The translations under genes were made by a program, and so were the position numbers. A stretch of DNA of 64,000 nt from Octopus sinensis (taxonomy: Eukaryota). This document shows, one piece after another, positions 13,074 to 26,064 of this stretch (position 1 is its first letter; each line of letters opens with the position of its first letter). The notes beneath the pieces are model-generated. The model was not told where the DNA came from and ran no database searches. It saw only the letters and a program-made list of their open reading frames with translations. The stretch lies in contig NC_043003.1 of assembly GCF_006345805.1 (NCBI RefSeq), positions 64,108,001 through 64,172,000 of the forward strand, given 5' to 3'.

Positions 13074-13834
13074 CTGAGTAGAGTATATTATTATGTATAT
13101 GCGAATGTGTAAATGTGTATGTGTGTGAAAGAAAGAGACTGTGTATATATATATTCATACATACATATTATATACATACTTATACACACACACACACACA
13201 CCCATATATATATATACATATATATGTATACACACACATACACATACATGAATATACACACACATACATGTATGTATATACATATATACTTATATATGTC
13301 TATAAAGACACACACACACTTACATATGCATGTACATATATATGTATATAAATACACACATAGATGTGTGCGTGCATATATATATATGTACATATATGTA
13401 TCTATACATATGTGTGCATGTATGTATGCACATGTGTGTCAATACATATCTGTGTGAGTATTATCTATACATATGTTCCAACACACATATGCTTACACAC
13501 ATACAACACACACATGCACCACACACATACGTACATGTATAGTGCGTTACATCAATTTTCATGCTTGCATAGGTGAGGATAGTTTATTTGTTGGAGCAAT
13601 TATTTTTACAGCTGGAGGCCCTTCCTGGATGCCTAACCACTTAACCATGAACAAATGTGGAGGAGCATGTTTCTTGTTTAGTCAAAGAAACAAGATTGTG
13701 ACAGTAGTAAAACCTGAAAGTCAAAATGGATGTATAAAACAAGTATATATATGCATTCATGTATGTATGTATGCATGTATGTATATACATGCACATGGGT
13801 GTATTTTTGTGTGCATGTGTGTATATGCATATAT

Positions 13835-13906
<72 letters not shown>

Positions 13907-14990
13907 GTGGTTATGTGTATATAAGTATTTATGTATATATTTAGATGGTTAGATATATATATATATAGAGATAGATAGATACATAGATAGTAAGATAGAT
14001 AGATAGATAGATAGGTAGGTAGATAGATAGATAGGTAGGTAGATAGATAGATAGATAGATAGGTAAGTAGGTAGGTAGGTAGGTAGGTAGGTAGGTAGGT
14101 AGATACATAGATAGTAAGATAGATAGATAGATAGATAGATAGACATATTTATCATTTACTTGTTTCAATCATGAGATTGTGGCCATACTGGGGCACTGCC
14201 TTGAAGGGTTTAGTTGAAGAAATCAACCCTAAAACATTTTATTTCTTTGGATGTCTAATACTTATTTTATCAGTCCCACATATGTATGTATCTGTGTGTG
14301 TGTGTGTGTCTGTCTGTCTATCTATTTATATATCAAGCTGTCTAGATACATACGTATATATTTATGTTGTAGGTCAGTTGTCCATAAGTCTAAAAAAAAA
14401 AGCACATTAAAAGAATTTCTTTGAGTAATAATATTTCAAGTGGCCAAGACAATGAGCTGGCAGAACTGTTGGCATGCCAGATGAAACGCTTAGCGGCATT
14501 CCATCTGTCGTTATGTTCCAAGTTCAAATTCCACAGAAGTTGCCTTTAATTTTCATCCTTTTGGGGCTGATATAAGTAATAGTTAAGCAGTAAGACTGAT
14601 GTAATTGACCACAACTTACCCCACCCCACCCTAAAATTTCAGGCCCTGTGCCTTTAACAGAAAGGAATTATTTTATGTAGTCACTGGGTATGGGCAGTCA
14701 GTTAGTAACCATTAGTTTCATGTCTGTTATTGCACTTAGTAATATAGGCAACCCACCAAACCTACTGGTCAGGGATGCATAACCTCTTTACGCTTGTCAG
14801 GCCAGCAGGAGTTTCAAATCGCTTATGCTGCTAAGTGCTATAATAGACATGAAACAAATTCTACCATTCTAACTGACCCTTCTTTCAACCTCTTCTGTCA
14901 AACCCTATTTTTTTACCAACCAACTACTATGCTTGATCGCTAAACCCACAAGTTTTTTTATTCTCTCTCTCTGTTTATTTTCTCTTATTC

Positions 14991-15026
14991 CTTTCTGTTG
15001 AAGAGCATAGGCTCGAAATGTAAAAG
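14991..15026 (+). ncRNA. Hammerhead-like variant motif in a ~190-bp repeat (other copies ~7234-7270 -, 29600-29635 +, 47215-47250 -)
   Basis: CUUU-CUGUUGA-A-GAGC-AUAG-GCUC-GAAA-UGUA-AAAG. Stems I and II pair and GAAA is present, but core position 6 is U (C in one copy) instead of A. Confidence 0.45.
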
Positions 15027-17405
15027 ATTTTCTCACTTTCCCAAGTATCAAACTAATACACTTGCTTGTTGTTCATACACAGTCTTCGTCTTTTGTTTTT
15101 CTATAAATTTCAACTATATATATATATATGTATATATCATCATCATCATCATCATTTGACATCTGTTTTCCATGCTGACATGGGTTGGACGGTCTGACTG
15201 AGGTCTGGAGAGCCAGCGGCTGCACCAGGCTCCAGTCTGATCTGGCAATGTTTCTACAGCTGGATGCCCCTCTTAACGCCAACCACTCTGAGAGTGTAGT
15301 GGGTGCTTCTTACATTCCACCAGCACAGGAGCCAGTCAGGGCAGGGGGTGCTGGCATCAACTACGTTCGGATGGTGCTTTTTTACATGTCAGATATTTAT
15401 ATATGTATATAATGTGTATGTATATAAATATATTAGTGTGTGTTCGGTTCTTCATCATCAACAGCATCATCATCATCATTTAACATCTATTTCTCATGCT
15501 GATATGGGTTGCACAGTTTGACAAACTGAAAAGCTGCACCAGGCTCCAGTTGTCTGTTTTGGCTTGGTTCCTGTGGTTGGATACTTTTCCTAACACCAAC
15601 CACTTTACAAAGTGTACTTGGTGCTTTTTACCTCAAAGAACATCACCTAATCTCTTAATGGTTCATAGATATTTATTTCTTTATTGCCCACAGAGGGCTA
15701 AACATAGAGGCGACAATCAAGGAGGGGCAAAGAGATTAAGTCAATTACATCGACTCCAGTGTGTAACTGGTGCTTATTTAATCAACCCCAAAAAGATGAA
15801 AGGTAAAGGTGACGTTGGCAGAATTTGAACCCAGAATATAACAGCAGACAAAATACTGCTAAGCATTTTGCCTGGCGTGCTAATGATTCTTTTCTACTCT
15901 AGACACAAAGCCCAAATATTTTGAGGAGAGGACCAGTCAATTAGATTGACCCCAGTGTGCAACTGATACTTAATTTATCGACCCCGAAAGGATGAAAGGC
16001 AAAGTCAACCTCTGTGGAATTTGAACTCAGAACGTAACAGCAGACGAAATACTGCTAAGCATTTTGCCTGGCATGCTAACAATTCTGCCAGCTTGCCACC
16101 TTATCATTCATAGATATCGAATAAGTACTAAAGAGAATAGAAATTATTACTGAGGTAGATATGATAACCAACTTAAAAAATGAAAAATAGACTCTGAAAA
16201 TGGTACTCCAACTTACTGCACTCCCTTGACTAATATGACAAAAGACTAAAAAGACTATTGACAAAGACTAAGAGAAACATTGATTTATCTAATTTTTGTG
16301 AGATGTCATACCATCCAGATGATAATTACAGTTATGTTGATGAAAATATATTATTTTTCTTTTACAATATATTTCACCATATTTTGCTTTATTTAATGTT
16401 CTTATCAATAAATATACTCACATTACTATTATCAATATGAAATATCTCATGAATCTTGTTTGACAAGAAGAAAAATAATTTTCGGTTTTGGAGATTAGAA
16501 ACAACATCAGGGTAGTTTTTATGATTTCCGAAAATGTCAGAGTATGACGAAATAATTGAATGATTTTTATACAACTTCCTTTCCAAATAAGATATCGGTT
16601 ATATCTGTTTTATATCTACAAGAGTTCCACATAAAATATAAATATTTACTTGGAAACTCTGATGTATGTGTGTGTGTGTGTGTGTGAATAGATGTGTTTA
16701 ATAAATTATTTGATGCAATGTATATCACAGATAGGTAGAGAATATTAATACTACTTCTACTACTACAACTAATAATAATAAGAATAATAATAATAATAAT
16801 AACAACAACAACTACAATGATAATAATAATAATCCTTTCTGTTATAGGCCCAAGGCCTGGAATTTTTGTGGGAGGGGACTAGCCGATTACATTGATCCCA
16901 GTATTAAACTGGTACTTATTTTATCGACCCCAAAAGGATAAAAGGCTAAGTCAACCCCAGTGGGATTTGAACACAGAACGTAAAGACAGATGAAATGCCA
17001 CTAAGCATTTTGCCCGGTGTGCTAACGATTCTGCAAGCTCACCTCCTTACTACTGCTACTATACTACTACTACTACTACTACTACAACTAATAATAATAA
17101 TAATAGTAATAATGATAATGATAATGTTGTTGATGATGATGATGATGATGATGATGATTGTGATGTTGGCACAAGGCCAGCAATTCAGGGGGAGAGGGTA
17201 AGTCAATTATATTGTCTGCAGTGTTTGATTGATACTTAATTTATCGTCCCTGAGATGAAAGGCAAAGTCGACCTCAGCAGAATTTGAACTCAGAAATGTT
17301 GCAAAGTATTTTGTTTGATTTGATATGCTAACAATTCTGACAGCTCACTGCCTTCATAATAATAATAATAATAATAATGATAATAATGATGATGATGATG
17401 ATGAT

Positions 17406-17603
17406 GAGAGAAGTACTTGAGAAGTTCATTGAACAAATAGGGGCTGCAATATGGGTGGAGCACTTGCAGAAAATATCACTGCTTGGAACCTCTCAAATAC
17501 TCTGGATGGTGCTCGAAAAATAAGGGGTGTTACCTTAGTTCACTGGTAGGGAAAAGCTGACACCATAGTATATTTCCAGCATTAGAAGCAGTGCAAAGAC
17601 AAT
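17406..17603 (+). mobile_element. 5'-truncated R4/Dong-like (RLE) retrotransposon 3' end
   Basis: Encodes ..FIEQIGAAIWVEHLQKISLLGTSQILWMVLEK*, and its 3' UTR is homologous to 63346-63500. It ends in (AAT)n. Confidence 0.75.
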
Positions 17604-17605
17604 AA

Positions 17606-17647
<42 letters not shown>

Positions 17648-18437
17648 CCTTTTCTACTATAGGCACAAGGCCTGGATTTTTGGGGAAGGGGTAGTTGTTT
17701 ACATCTACCTCAGTATTTGATTGTCATTTAACTTATCAACCCTAAAAGGATAACAGGCAAAGTCGACCTCGGTGGAATTTGAACTCAAGAACGTAATGGC
17801 AGGTGAAATACCGCTAATCATTTCACGTTGCAAGCGAATGGTTCTGCCAGCTCACCACCTTCAATAATTATAACAATAATCCTTTCTACTGGAGATACAA
17901 GGCCTCAAATTTTTGGGGAGGTGACTCGTTAATTACATCAACCCCAGTATTTCAGTGGTACTTAATTTATCAAGCCCAAAAGGACGAAAGGCAAAGTCGA
18001 TGTCAGTAGAATTTGAACTCAGATATGGCAATGGGTGAAATACTGCTAAGCATTTTGCCCAGTGTGCAAACGATTCTGCCAGCTCACCACCTTCAATAAT
18101 AATAATAATCATCATCATCATCATCATCGTTTAACGTCCGTTCTCCATGCTAGCATGGGTTGGACGGTTCGACCGGGGATCTGGGAAGCCAGAAGGCTGC
18201 ACCAGGCTCCAGTCTTATCTGGCAATGTTTCTACAGCTGGATGCCCTTCCTAACGCCAACCACTCCGTGATTGTAGTGGGTGCCTTTTACGTGCCACCTG
18301 CACAGGTGCCAGGCGAGGCTGGCATCGGCCACGGTCGGATTGGTGCATTTTACGTGCCACCGGCACGGAAGCCAGTCGAGGCGGCACTGGCTTCGGCCAC
18401 GATTCGGATGGTGCTTTTTACGTGCCACAGAAGCCAA

Positions 18438-18478
<41 letters not shown>

Positions 18479-19697
18479 TAATAGTAATGATAATCTAGAA
18501 ATAGAAATAACCCAAATATAAGGCCTGGAAAATGAAAAAATCTCTTATTATAATAGGTGCTTTAGGAATGATCAAAGAACATGCAGACAAATGTTGTTGT
18601 TGTTTGTTCCTTTTTGAGCCATGCTTGGCTCATAAGGGCCAGTTTCCAGTTTCATTGGTATATAAGTTCCCCACCTGGATGAGACACCAGTCTATCTCAG
18701 GTGAGCTGCTAGATGTAGGAGGAAAAGGTGAAAGAAAGTTATGGTGAAAGAGTCAGCAGAAGTTCACCATTACCTTCTCCCAGTATCACGTGGAGCTTAG
18801 GTATTTTGCTCATAAACATATGCATTGCCTGGTCTGAGATTTGAACCCACGATCCCTTGTGCCTCCACATGCAGACTAATGAATAACCAAAACACCAAGA
18901 CTTACAAAAATAGATGTACATTGTGCACATCTTCCATCAAGCGCTTTCGATACAGTAAAAGTAACAACAACACCAAAACAGGTGCAGGTGTGGTTGTGTG
19001 ATAAGAAAGTTGCTTCCTAACCACATGGCTGCGGGTTCAGTCCCACTGCATGGCACCTTGGGCAAATATCTTCTACCATAGCCTCATACCAACTAAAGCA
19101 TTATAAGTGAATTTGGTAGATGGAAACTGAGAGAAGCTCATTATGTGTGTGTGTCCTCGTGTCTGTGTTTGTCCCCTGCTACCCTTGACAACCAGTGTTG
19201 GTGTGTTTACATCCCTGTAACTTAGCAGTTCAGCACAAGAGACTGATAGAATAAGTACCAAGCATGAAAACTAAGTGCTAGGGTCAATTCATTCAACTAA
19301 AATTCTCCAAGATTGTGCCCCAGAATGGCCTCAGTCTTATGACCTATTGCACATAGAGCTGTGTTCAGAAATGCAATAAAAGTAGAACAGCTGAATAAAT
19401 AGTAAAGTTAATAATAATTATTTCTACTCTAGGTACAAGGCCTTAAAAATTTTGGGGGTAAGGGACTGGTCAATTAGATCGACCCCAGTATGCAACTGGT
19501 ACTTAATTTATCAACCCCGAACTGATGAAAGGCAAAGTTGACCTTGGCGGAATATGAACTCAGACCGTAAAGACACACAAAATACTGCTAAGCATTTTGC
19601 CCAGCATGCTAACGATTCTGCCAGCTTGCTGCCTTAAAGAATATTTTCTACTCTAGGCACAAGGTCCAAAATTTTGTGGGAGGGGGCCAGTCGATTA

Positions 19698-19926
19698 GGG
19701 CATATGGGCATATGGCATAGTGGTTAAGAGTGTGAGCTACTAATCCCAAGATTCCAAGTTCGATTCCAAGCAGTGACCTGAATAATAATAACAATAATAA
19801 TAATAACATCGAAAAATACCTTAGGAATGAGAACCCAGGTTTGAAATTTCCCCAAGACACCTGATGAAAGCTAGAAGGTATATCAGCCAAAACATTGTTT
19901 TAACAACAAACAAGATGAGGACAAAT
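19698..19926 (+). mobile_element. tRNA-headed SINE with internal (AAT)n and a decayed hammerhead-like motif
   Basis: Box A-like TGGCATAGTGG, box B-like GTTCGATTCC, an (AAT)n spacer, then GACAC-CTGATGA-AAGCTAG..CAGCC-AAAACATTGTTTT. Inserted inside a family-B SINE. Confidence 0.65.
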
Positions 19927-20202
19927 TTGAACTCAGAACATAAAGTCAGATGAAATACTGCTAACGATTCTTTTCCACTCTAGGCACAAGGCCCGAAATT
20001 TTTTTGTGGGGAGGAGGCCAGTCAATTAGATCGACTGTAGTACACAATTGCTATTTAATTTATTGACCCTGAAAGGATAAAAGGCAAAGTCGACCTCAGC
20101 AGAATTTGAACTCAGAATGTGAAAAGACGAAATACCACTAAGCATTTCGCCTGGTGTGCTAACAACTCTGCCAGCTCACCACCTTAGTAAAAATTAATAA
20201 TA

Positions 20203-20420
20203 ATATGAGAAGTACAAGCCACTGAAAGATCAGTTTGCAATAATGTGGGCAATGAAGAAAGTAACTGCCACCTCCTGTAGTTGTAGGGGCTCTGGGAACA
20301 TTAGGAGCCAGGTTTGAGAAATTTGTTGGAGATATCGTGATTGACATGAGGGTAGAGCATGCCCAGAAAACTACTTTAATGGGGACAGAGAGGATTTTAA
20401 AACAAATATTTGAATGTTAA
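20203..20420 (+). pseudogene. RLE-type retrotransposon C-terminal fragment
   Basis: EKYKPLKDQFAIMWAMKK../PVVVGALGTLGARFEKFVGDIVIDMRVEHAQKTTLMGTERILKQIFEC*, preceded by (AAT)n. A shorter similar fragment lies at ~18487-18590 (IIIGALGMIKEHADK). Confidence 0.7.
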
Positions 20421-22253
20421 GTATCATGAAAGAAGACCGTATGAGACAAAAGGTTGTTGTCTGTTCTTACAGAATTAACTGGAGCAAGTGAAATGTTTAA
20501 CAATAATCTTTTCTACTTTAGGTGCAAGGCCTGAAATTTTGGGGGAGGGTCTAGTCGATTAGATTGACCCCAGTACACAACTGGTACTTAATTTATTGAC
20601 CCCAAAAGGATGAAAGGCAAAAGTTGACCTTCGCGGAATTTGAACTCAGAACATAAAGACACAAAATACCATGAAGCATTTTGGCCAGTATACTAACGTT
20701 TCTGCAGCTTGCCGTCTTGAAATGTACAATAATAATAACAGCCACAACAGCAACAGCAATAATAATAAGAAGAAGAAAGATTTATTTCATTAGCCACAGG
20801 GCATAGATGAGGGAAACACAGTCTACAGTTTGTGTGTGTGGTGGGGATTACATAAAAGATGAGGAGAAAGAAATGGAAGAAAATAAACATAATATACAAA
20901 GACTGTTAATATGAATGATGTGGTCCTCCTGGTATAAGGGAAACTCCAACTAGGGACACTCAAGGAACCTCATAGATCCGGGATTACCAGCACCACCAAA
21001 GGCACAAGCCCTTGCCCAACTGTTGCTCTCTAATCTATGGGTGTAAGCTTAGAGTAGGGCCAGTGGTTTCTGATTTTGGCCCAGCACAAGACCAGCAGAT
21101 TTATGAGTAAGTTTTAATTAATACCATCAATCCCAGTAATTAAATTGTTTCTTTATTGACCCTGGAAAGACGATGGGTAAAGTTGACATAAGTAGGGTTT
21201 GAACTCAGAGTCAGAAGAGACAAAGAATACAGCAGAGCATTTTGTCTGACATACTAAGGGTTAGGGTTAGTTGTAGTTAATAGTAGTTACTAATACAAAC
21301 CTGAGAGAGTTACTAGTACAAGCCCTGAGAGTTGAGGGAATGGTTAGTCAATCCATACTTAGTTGAACAATAAAAATATGATTACTGACAACTAATAATG
21401 TTAATCTCGTAGAATATAAGTTATTTAGAAGCATATCTAATGTGATAACATCTCTTAGATACACCACTATTTGTCAGTTTAGTTATGTACACCTCTACAA
21501 CATCATCCCATGAAGTGCATTCTGCTATTCTGGTGTGTATAAATGCCTGTTAATAATTCATTCCTAAGAGTTGAGGATTTATGCCACCCAATCAGTAGAA
21601 CTAATTATGCTACAGAAATCAATTAAATTTACTGTGTTTGGAAGAAGAATAGAAAACTTACTTTCATATTAATGGTGAAGTGCTTTCCAGCAATATGAGA
21701 AAAAAAATTGATCTTATCACTATAGCACAAGGAAATATAATAATGTATGGTATTAAAATGTGATGGTCTTGCCTGAAGTCATACAGAAATGTAATAAACT
21801 GGTTTTAAAGAATTCATAAGGACTGTTTGTGTTACAAAAAAAAACTATTGAATTATTGGAGAAGTAAAATTGAGAAGACCTGGGGTCCTCTGTTAATATA
21901 AATATGTTTAGACCACTTAGAGAAATAACAAGGTGTAAATTTAGCAAAGGCCTCTAAATTTAGGGGAGCAGATTAGTATACAGTCAAATATATCAGCCTG
22001 GTGCTTGAATAGTATTTTGTTTTAGTGACAAATAAATTAAATATAAACTGTTTTTACTTTTGTCTCATCAGACTTTCTAGTCAAAATGTCCAACCCATGC
22101 CAGCATGGAAAGCAGATGTTAAACAATGATGATGATGTCTCTAAAGATTTTCTATCAAATTTAGAGCCAGCACGGAAAGTTCCTATGTTTTGTTTATGAA
22201 TACATCTATGTAAACAATGCAATCAAAGATAAAAAAAATAGGTAATGGGTGTA

Positions 22254-22712
22254 CTAGGGGGTGCTAAAAGTTCCTGGCTTTAAGGGTATTGCAAAAAGCC
22301 TGGTTGGAGGCCCAACTTTCTGAGTTCTTTTACAGGGCTTAGAAAAACTGAAAGACTGTTGTAATAAGTGTGTGAATCTGAGAGGGGAATATGTTGGATA
22401 AAATCATAATTAACTGATCCTCATGTATTTTTTTTTTACTCAAAACCAGGAAATTTTCAGCCTCCCCTCGAATGTATGATGTATGTATATAGACACACAT
22501 ACACAAGCCGGTGCTGAAACGTTCCTGGTTTTAAGGGTATCGTGAAAGGCCTGGATGAAGGTCCAACCTTCTGAGTTCTTTTACAGGGCTTAGAAAAACT
22601 GTTGTAATAAGTGTGTGAATCTGAGAGGGGAGTATGTTAGATAAAATCATAATTAACTGATCCTCCAGCATTTTCTTTTACCCAAAGCCAGGAACTTTTT
22701 AGCACCCCCTCG
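22254..22712 (+). mobile_element. Two adjacent mariner-derived MITE copies
   Basis: TIRs CTAGGGGGTGCTAAAAGTTCCTGGCTTT / AAAGCCAGGAACTTTTTAGCACCCCCTCG|TA. The interior ..AATAAGTGTGTGAATCTGAGAGGGGAATATGTTGGATAA reads NKCVNLRGEYVG*, resembling the mariner transposase C-terminus. Confidence 0.8.
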
Positions 22713-23640
22713 TAGAACTTCAGCAGTTCTTGCTCCTTTTTCAACACCACATCCAGTACATTAACCTTCAATGAATACATTGCTTAAATGCCCGCTAAGT
22801 TTAGCAGTGTAGCACTTTTGGACAGACCATTTTACATATCAAACACATTCCTGGCAGCTATTGCAGACATACTAATTACTGGTAGCTTATAGTTCTTAAG
22901 GGCACTGAACTAAAATGAGACATTTTGTCTGTCATCCTCTAATTTTTTTTATTCTTAAACAAGGATGTTGTTGACAGTAGCTTTGAAGTTTTGGCCGGCT
23001 GAGCCATCGTTGGACTGCATTGCATTAGAGTTAGCCTTGCTTTTATATAGTAACCCATCGGATTAATGTAAAATTGTTTTACAAACATTAATATATACAT
23101 ACAGACACATGCATATATATATAGAGTCACCTTACTGGCACTTTTGCCGGTGGCACGTGAAAAAACATTTGAGTGAGGTCATTGCCAGTGCCACTGGACT
23201 GCCTCCTGTGTAGGTGGTACATAAAAAACACCATTTGAGCGTGGTCATTGCCAGTACCACCTGACTGGCCCTCGTGCTCATGGCATGTAAAAGCACCCAC
23301 TACACTCTTGGAATGGTTGGCATTAGGAAGGGTATCCAGCTGTAGAAACTCTGCCAGATCAGATTGGAGTCTGGTGCAGCCATCTGGTTCACCAGTCCTC
23401 AGTCAAATCATCCAACCCATGCTAGCATGGAAAGCGGATGTTAAACAATGATGATGATGATGATAGGCACAGGCATGGCTGTGTGGTAAGTAGCTTGCTT
23501 ACCAACCACATGGTTCCGGGTTCAGTCACACTGCATGGCACCTTGGGCCAGTGTCTTCTACTATAGCCTCGAGCTGACGAAAGCCTTGTAAGTTGATATG
23601 GTAGACAGAAACCACAAGAAGCCCATCATATATGTATGTA

Positions 23641-23690
<50 letters not shown>

Positions 23691-24189
23691 TGTGTTTGTC
23701 CCCCCCCCCATCAGTGCTCAACAACTGATGTTAGTGTGTTTACATCCCTGTAACTTAGTGGTTCAGCAAAATAGACCGACAGGATAAGTACTAGGCTCAC
23801 AAAGAATAAGTCTTGGGTCAATTTGTTCGAATAAAGGTGGTGCTCCAGCATGGCTGCAGTCAAATGACTGAAACAAATAAAAGAATACATATATATGCAC
23901 ATATATATATATATATATATACAGACACACACACACATACATACATACACATGTATGTATGTATGTAGGTGTGTATATATGTATATATGGTGCAGGCTCC
24001 TCCCTGGTTGACTTCAGTCAAATCACCAAACCCATGCCAGCATGGAGGGCAGATATTAAATGATGAAGATGATGATGTTGATGATGATATATAAAGTTTT
24101 TACTGTTAGTTCTACATAACAGTCCCCAGTGTTAATCTTTTGATGTGTGTGTGTGTGTGGTTTGCATTTTTCTTTTGACATGTTATTAC

Positions 24190-24850
24190 AACATGAGTAT
24201 AGGTTCCATAATTAGTCTTCTATTTTTATTATCCTTTCCTATTTTCCTATTTGTTTTGTTGAATGTGTTATAGTGTTTTATGATTGCTTCCTGTTGTAAA
24301 TGCATGGTGTGCCAACAAGCGACTGTTGTACTAGTATGTCCAGTTTTACAGGCAGCTGCTTATGTTTCATTGGTTATAAGTCACTTGTTCTTGTGTTTAT
24401 ATGCTTGTGATGTGTTATTGATAAGGAGGTTTTTGGTTTAGATGTATTTGTAGTATATCATTATTTTTAAGTTTCTGGTTGGGTATGATGCAATTTGTGT
24501 TCCATTTTATGAGGTTTCTGATTATGTATTTGTCTGTTCAATAGTTGTAATGCATTTGATTCATATAATAAATGTTACGAGTGATTTGAGTGTTTTTATT
24601 GAATATATCGTCTGATATATTTGTTGCATTGTATTTGTGTCTGTAACTGTTCACTGAAGAAGTTTATTTCATGACCAAATGGTCACAGGTTCATATCTGT
24701 CAACATGGATGGATGGCTCCTTTGTTGTGTCTACTTGGATTAGTTCCATTCTTAGACATTCTCTGCAATCAACAGTCTCTCGTAGTAGCAATTATTTTAA
24801 CATTAAATAGTTGGAAAGATTTTACTTGTATTCAAGTTAATGTGAACAAA
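24190..24850 (-). pseudogene. Decayed Penelope-like element, GIY-YIG region
   Basis: One minus-strand frame reads LKIMIYYKYI*TKNLLINN...CKTGHTSTTVACWHTMHLQQEAIIKH...NRRLIMEPILML, resembling the PLE endonuclease C-terminus from memory. Many stops; strong strand compositional skew. Confidence 0.5.
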
Positions 24851-25345
24851 TAGACATGGCTGTGTGGTAAGAAGCTTGCTTACCAACCAAATGGTTTTGG
24901 GTTCAGTCCCACTGCGTGGCACTTTGGGCAAATGTCTTCTACTATAGCCTTGAGCCAACCAAAGCCTTGTGAGTGGATTTGGTAGATGGAAACTGAAAGA
25001 GGCCCGTCGTATACATATATATATAAGATTAGGTAGGGTATGTAATACCACTTGCTAAAATCAGAGTTGTTGCTCCAAAAACCACCATAAAAATTACAAT
25101 AAAGATACACATGAGCACTGCAATGAACATTTCAGAAATAGGCTTACCTTTGCTTTGAATACATCAATAAGTAATACATATTTCAACACCAATTAATTTC
25201 ATGCTTTGCATGATAAACATGCTTTGAAATCTTCGGTTGAAAACAGCATTTAACATTTTTTCTGAAATGTTCACTGTTAGCTTGTGTACATTCCTAACTT
25301 TAAACATCCTGCTCTGTTTACAAGAAACTGTTGTAAACAAGACAA

Positions 25346-25536
25346 ATTTAAATAAAGTAGTATTATTACCATTATATACAGTAATAATAAGGTGGCTAGC
25401 AAGTTCACACCTTTACAGGCACAATATAAAGTAATTTATGATTAGGTAGGGTATATATTGTACCCGTAAAGGTGTGAACTTACCAGCCACCTTATTATTA
25501 CTGTATATAATGGTAATAATACTACTTTATTTAAAT
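25346..25536. repeat. Inverted repeat, 83-bp arms, 25-nt loop
   Basis: 25346-25428 versus 25454-25536: 79/83 identical, all four differences are transitions. Confidence 0.95.
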
Positions 25537-25562
25537 GTTCATATTTATGTATAATATATATA

Positions 25563-25604
<42 letters not shown>

Positions 25605-26064
25605 TGATATATGTATATATATTATATATATGTATGTATGTATTTGGGGTTAGGAAGTGCATCCAGCTATAGAAACACTGCCAGATCAGATTGGGGCCTA
25701 GTGCAGCCTCCTAGCATCCCAGACCCCAGTCAAACCGTCCAACCCATGCCAGCATGGAAAACGGACGTTAAACGATGATGATGTATTTGTGAGTCTGTGT
25801 TTATCCCCCCCCCCACCATCACTTGACAACCGATGTTGGTGTGTTTATGTCCCTGTAACATAGCAGTTCGGCAACAGAAACTGATAGAATAAGTACTAAG
25901 CTTACAAAGAATAAGCCCTGGGGTCGATTTGTTCGACTAAAGACGGTGCTCCAGCATGGCCACAGTCAAATGACTGAAACAAGTGAAAGAATATATATAA
26001 CATTTGACAGAGTAATCTGAATGCTAATGAGTCAAAACCATCGTTTTTTTTTTACTTATTTCAG

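Larger units (their letters stand above)
15660..21260 (-). mobile_element. Cluster of ~10 same-strand family-B SINEs interleaved with (AAT)n tracts
   Basis: Copies at ~15660-15890, 15890-16100, 16830-17050, 17165-17355, 17648-17862, 17880-18092, 19425-19637, 19640-19960 (interrupted), 19968-20185, 20505-20720 and 21060-21260, all on the minus strand. Confidence 0.85.

Noticed and set aside
19706-19775. tRNA genes, here and at other box A/B heads
   Set aside because: No complete cloverleaf, and each continues into a SINE body.
21254-21272. Interstitial TTAGGG repeat
   Set aside because: Only about two units, expected by chance.
25148-25261. Antisense exon-like segment (AG..GTAAG) within 15-bp inverted repeats TGAACATTTCAGAAA
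   Set aside because: Stops in all frames; such splice motifs arise by chance; no evidence for a transcript.
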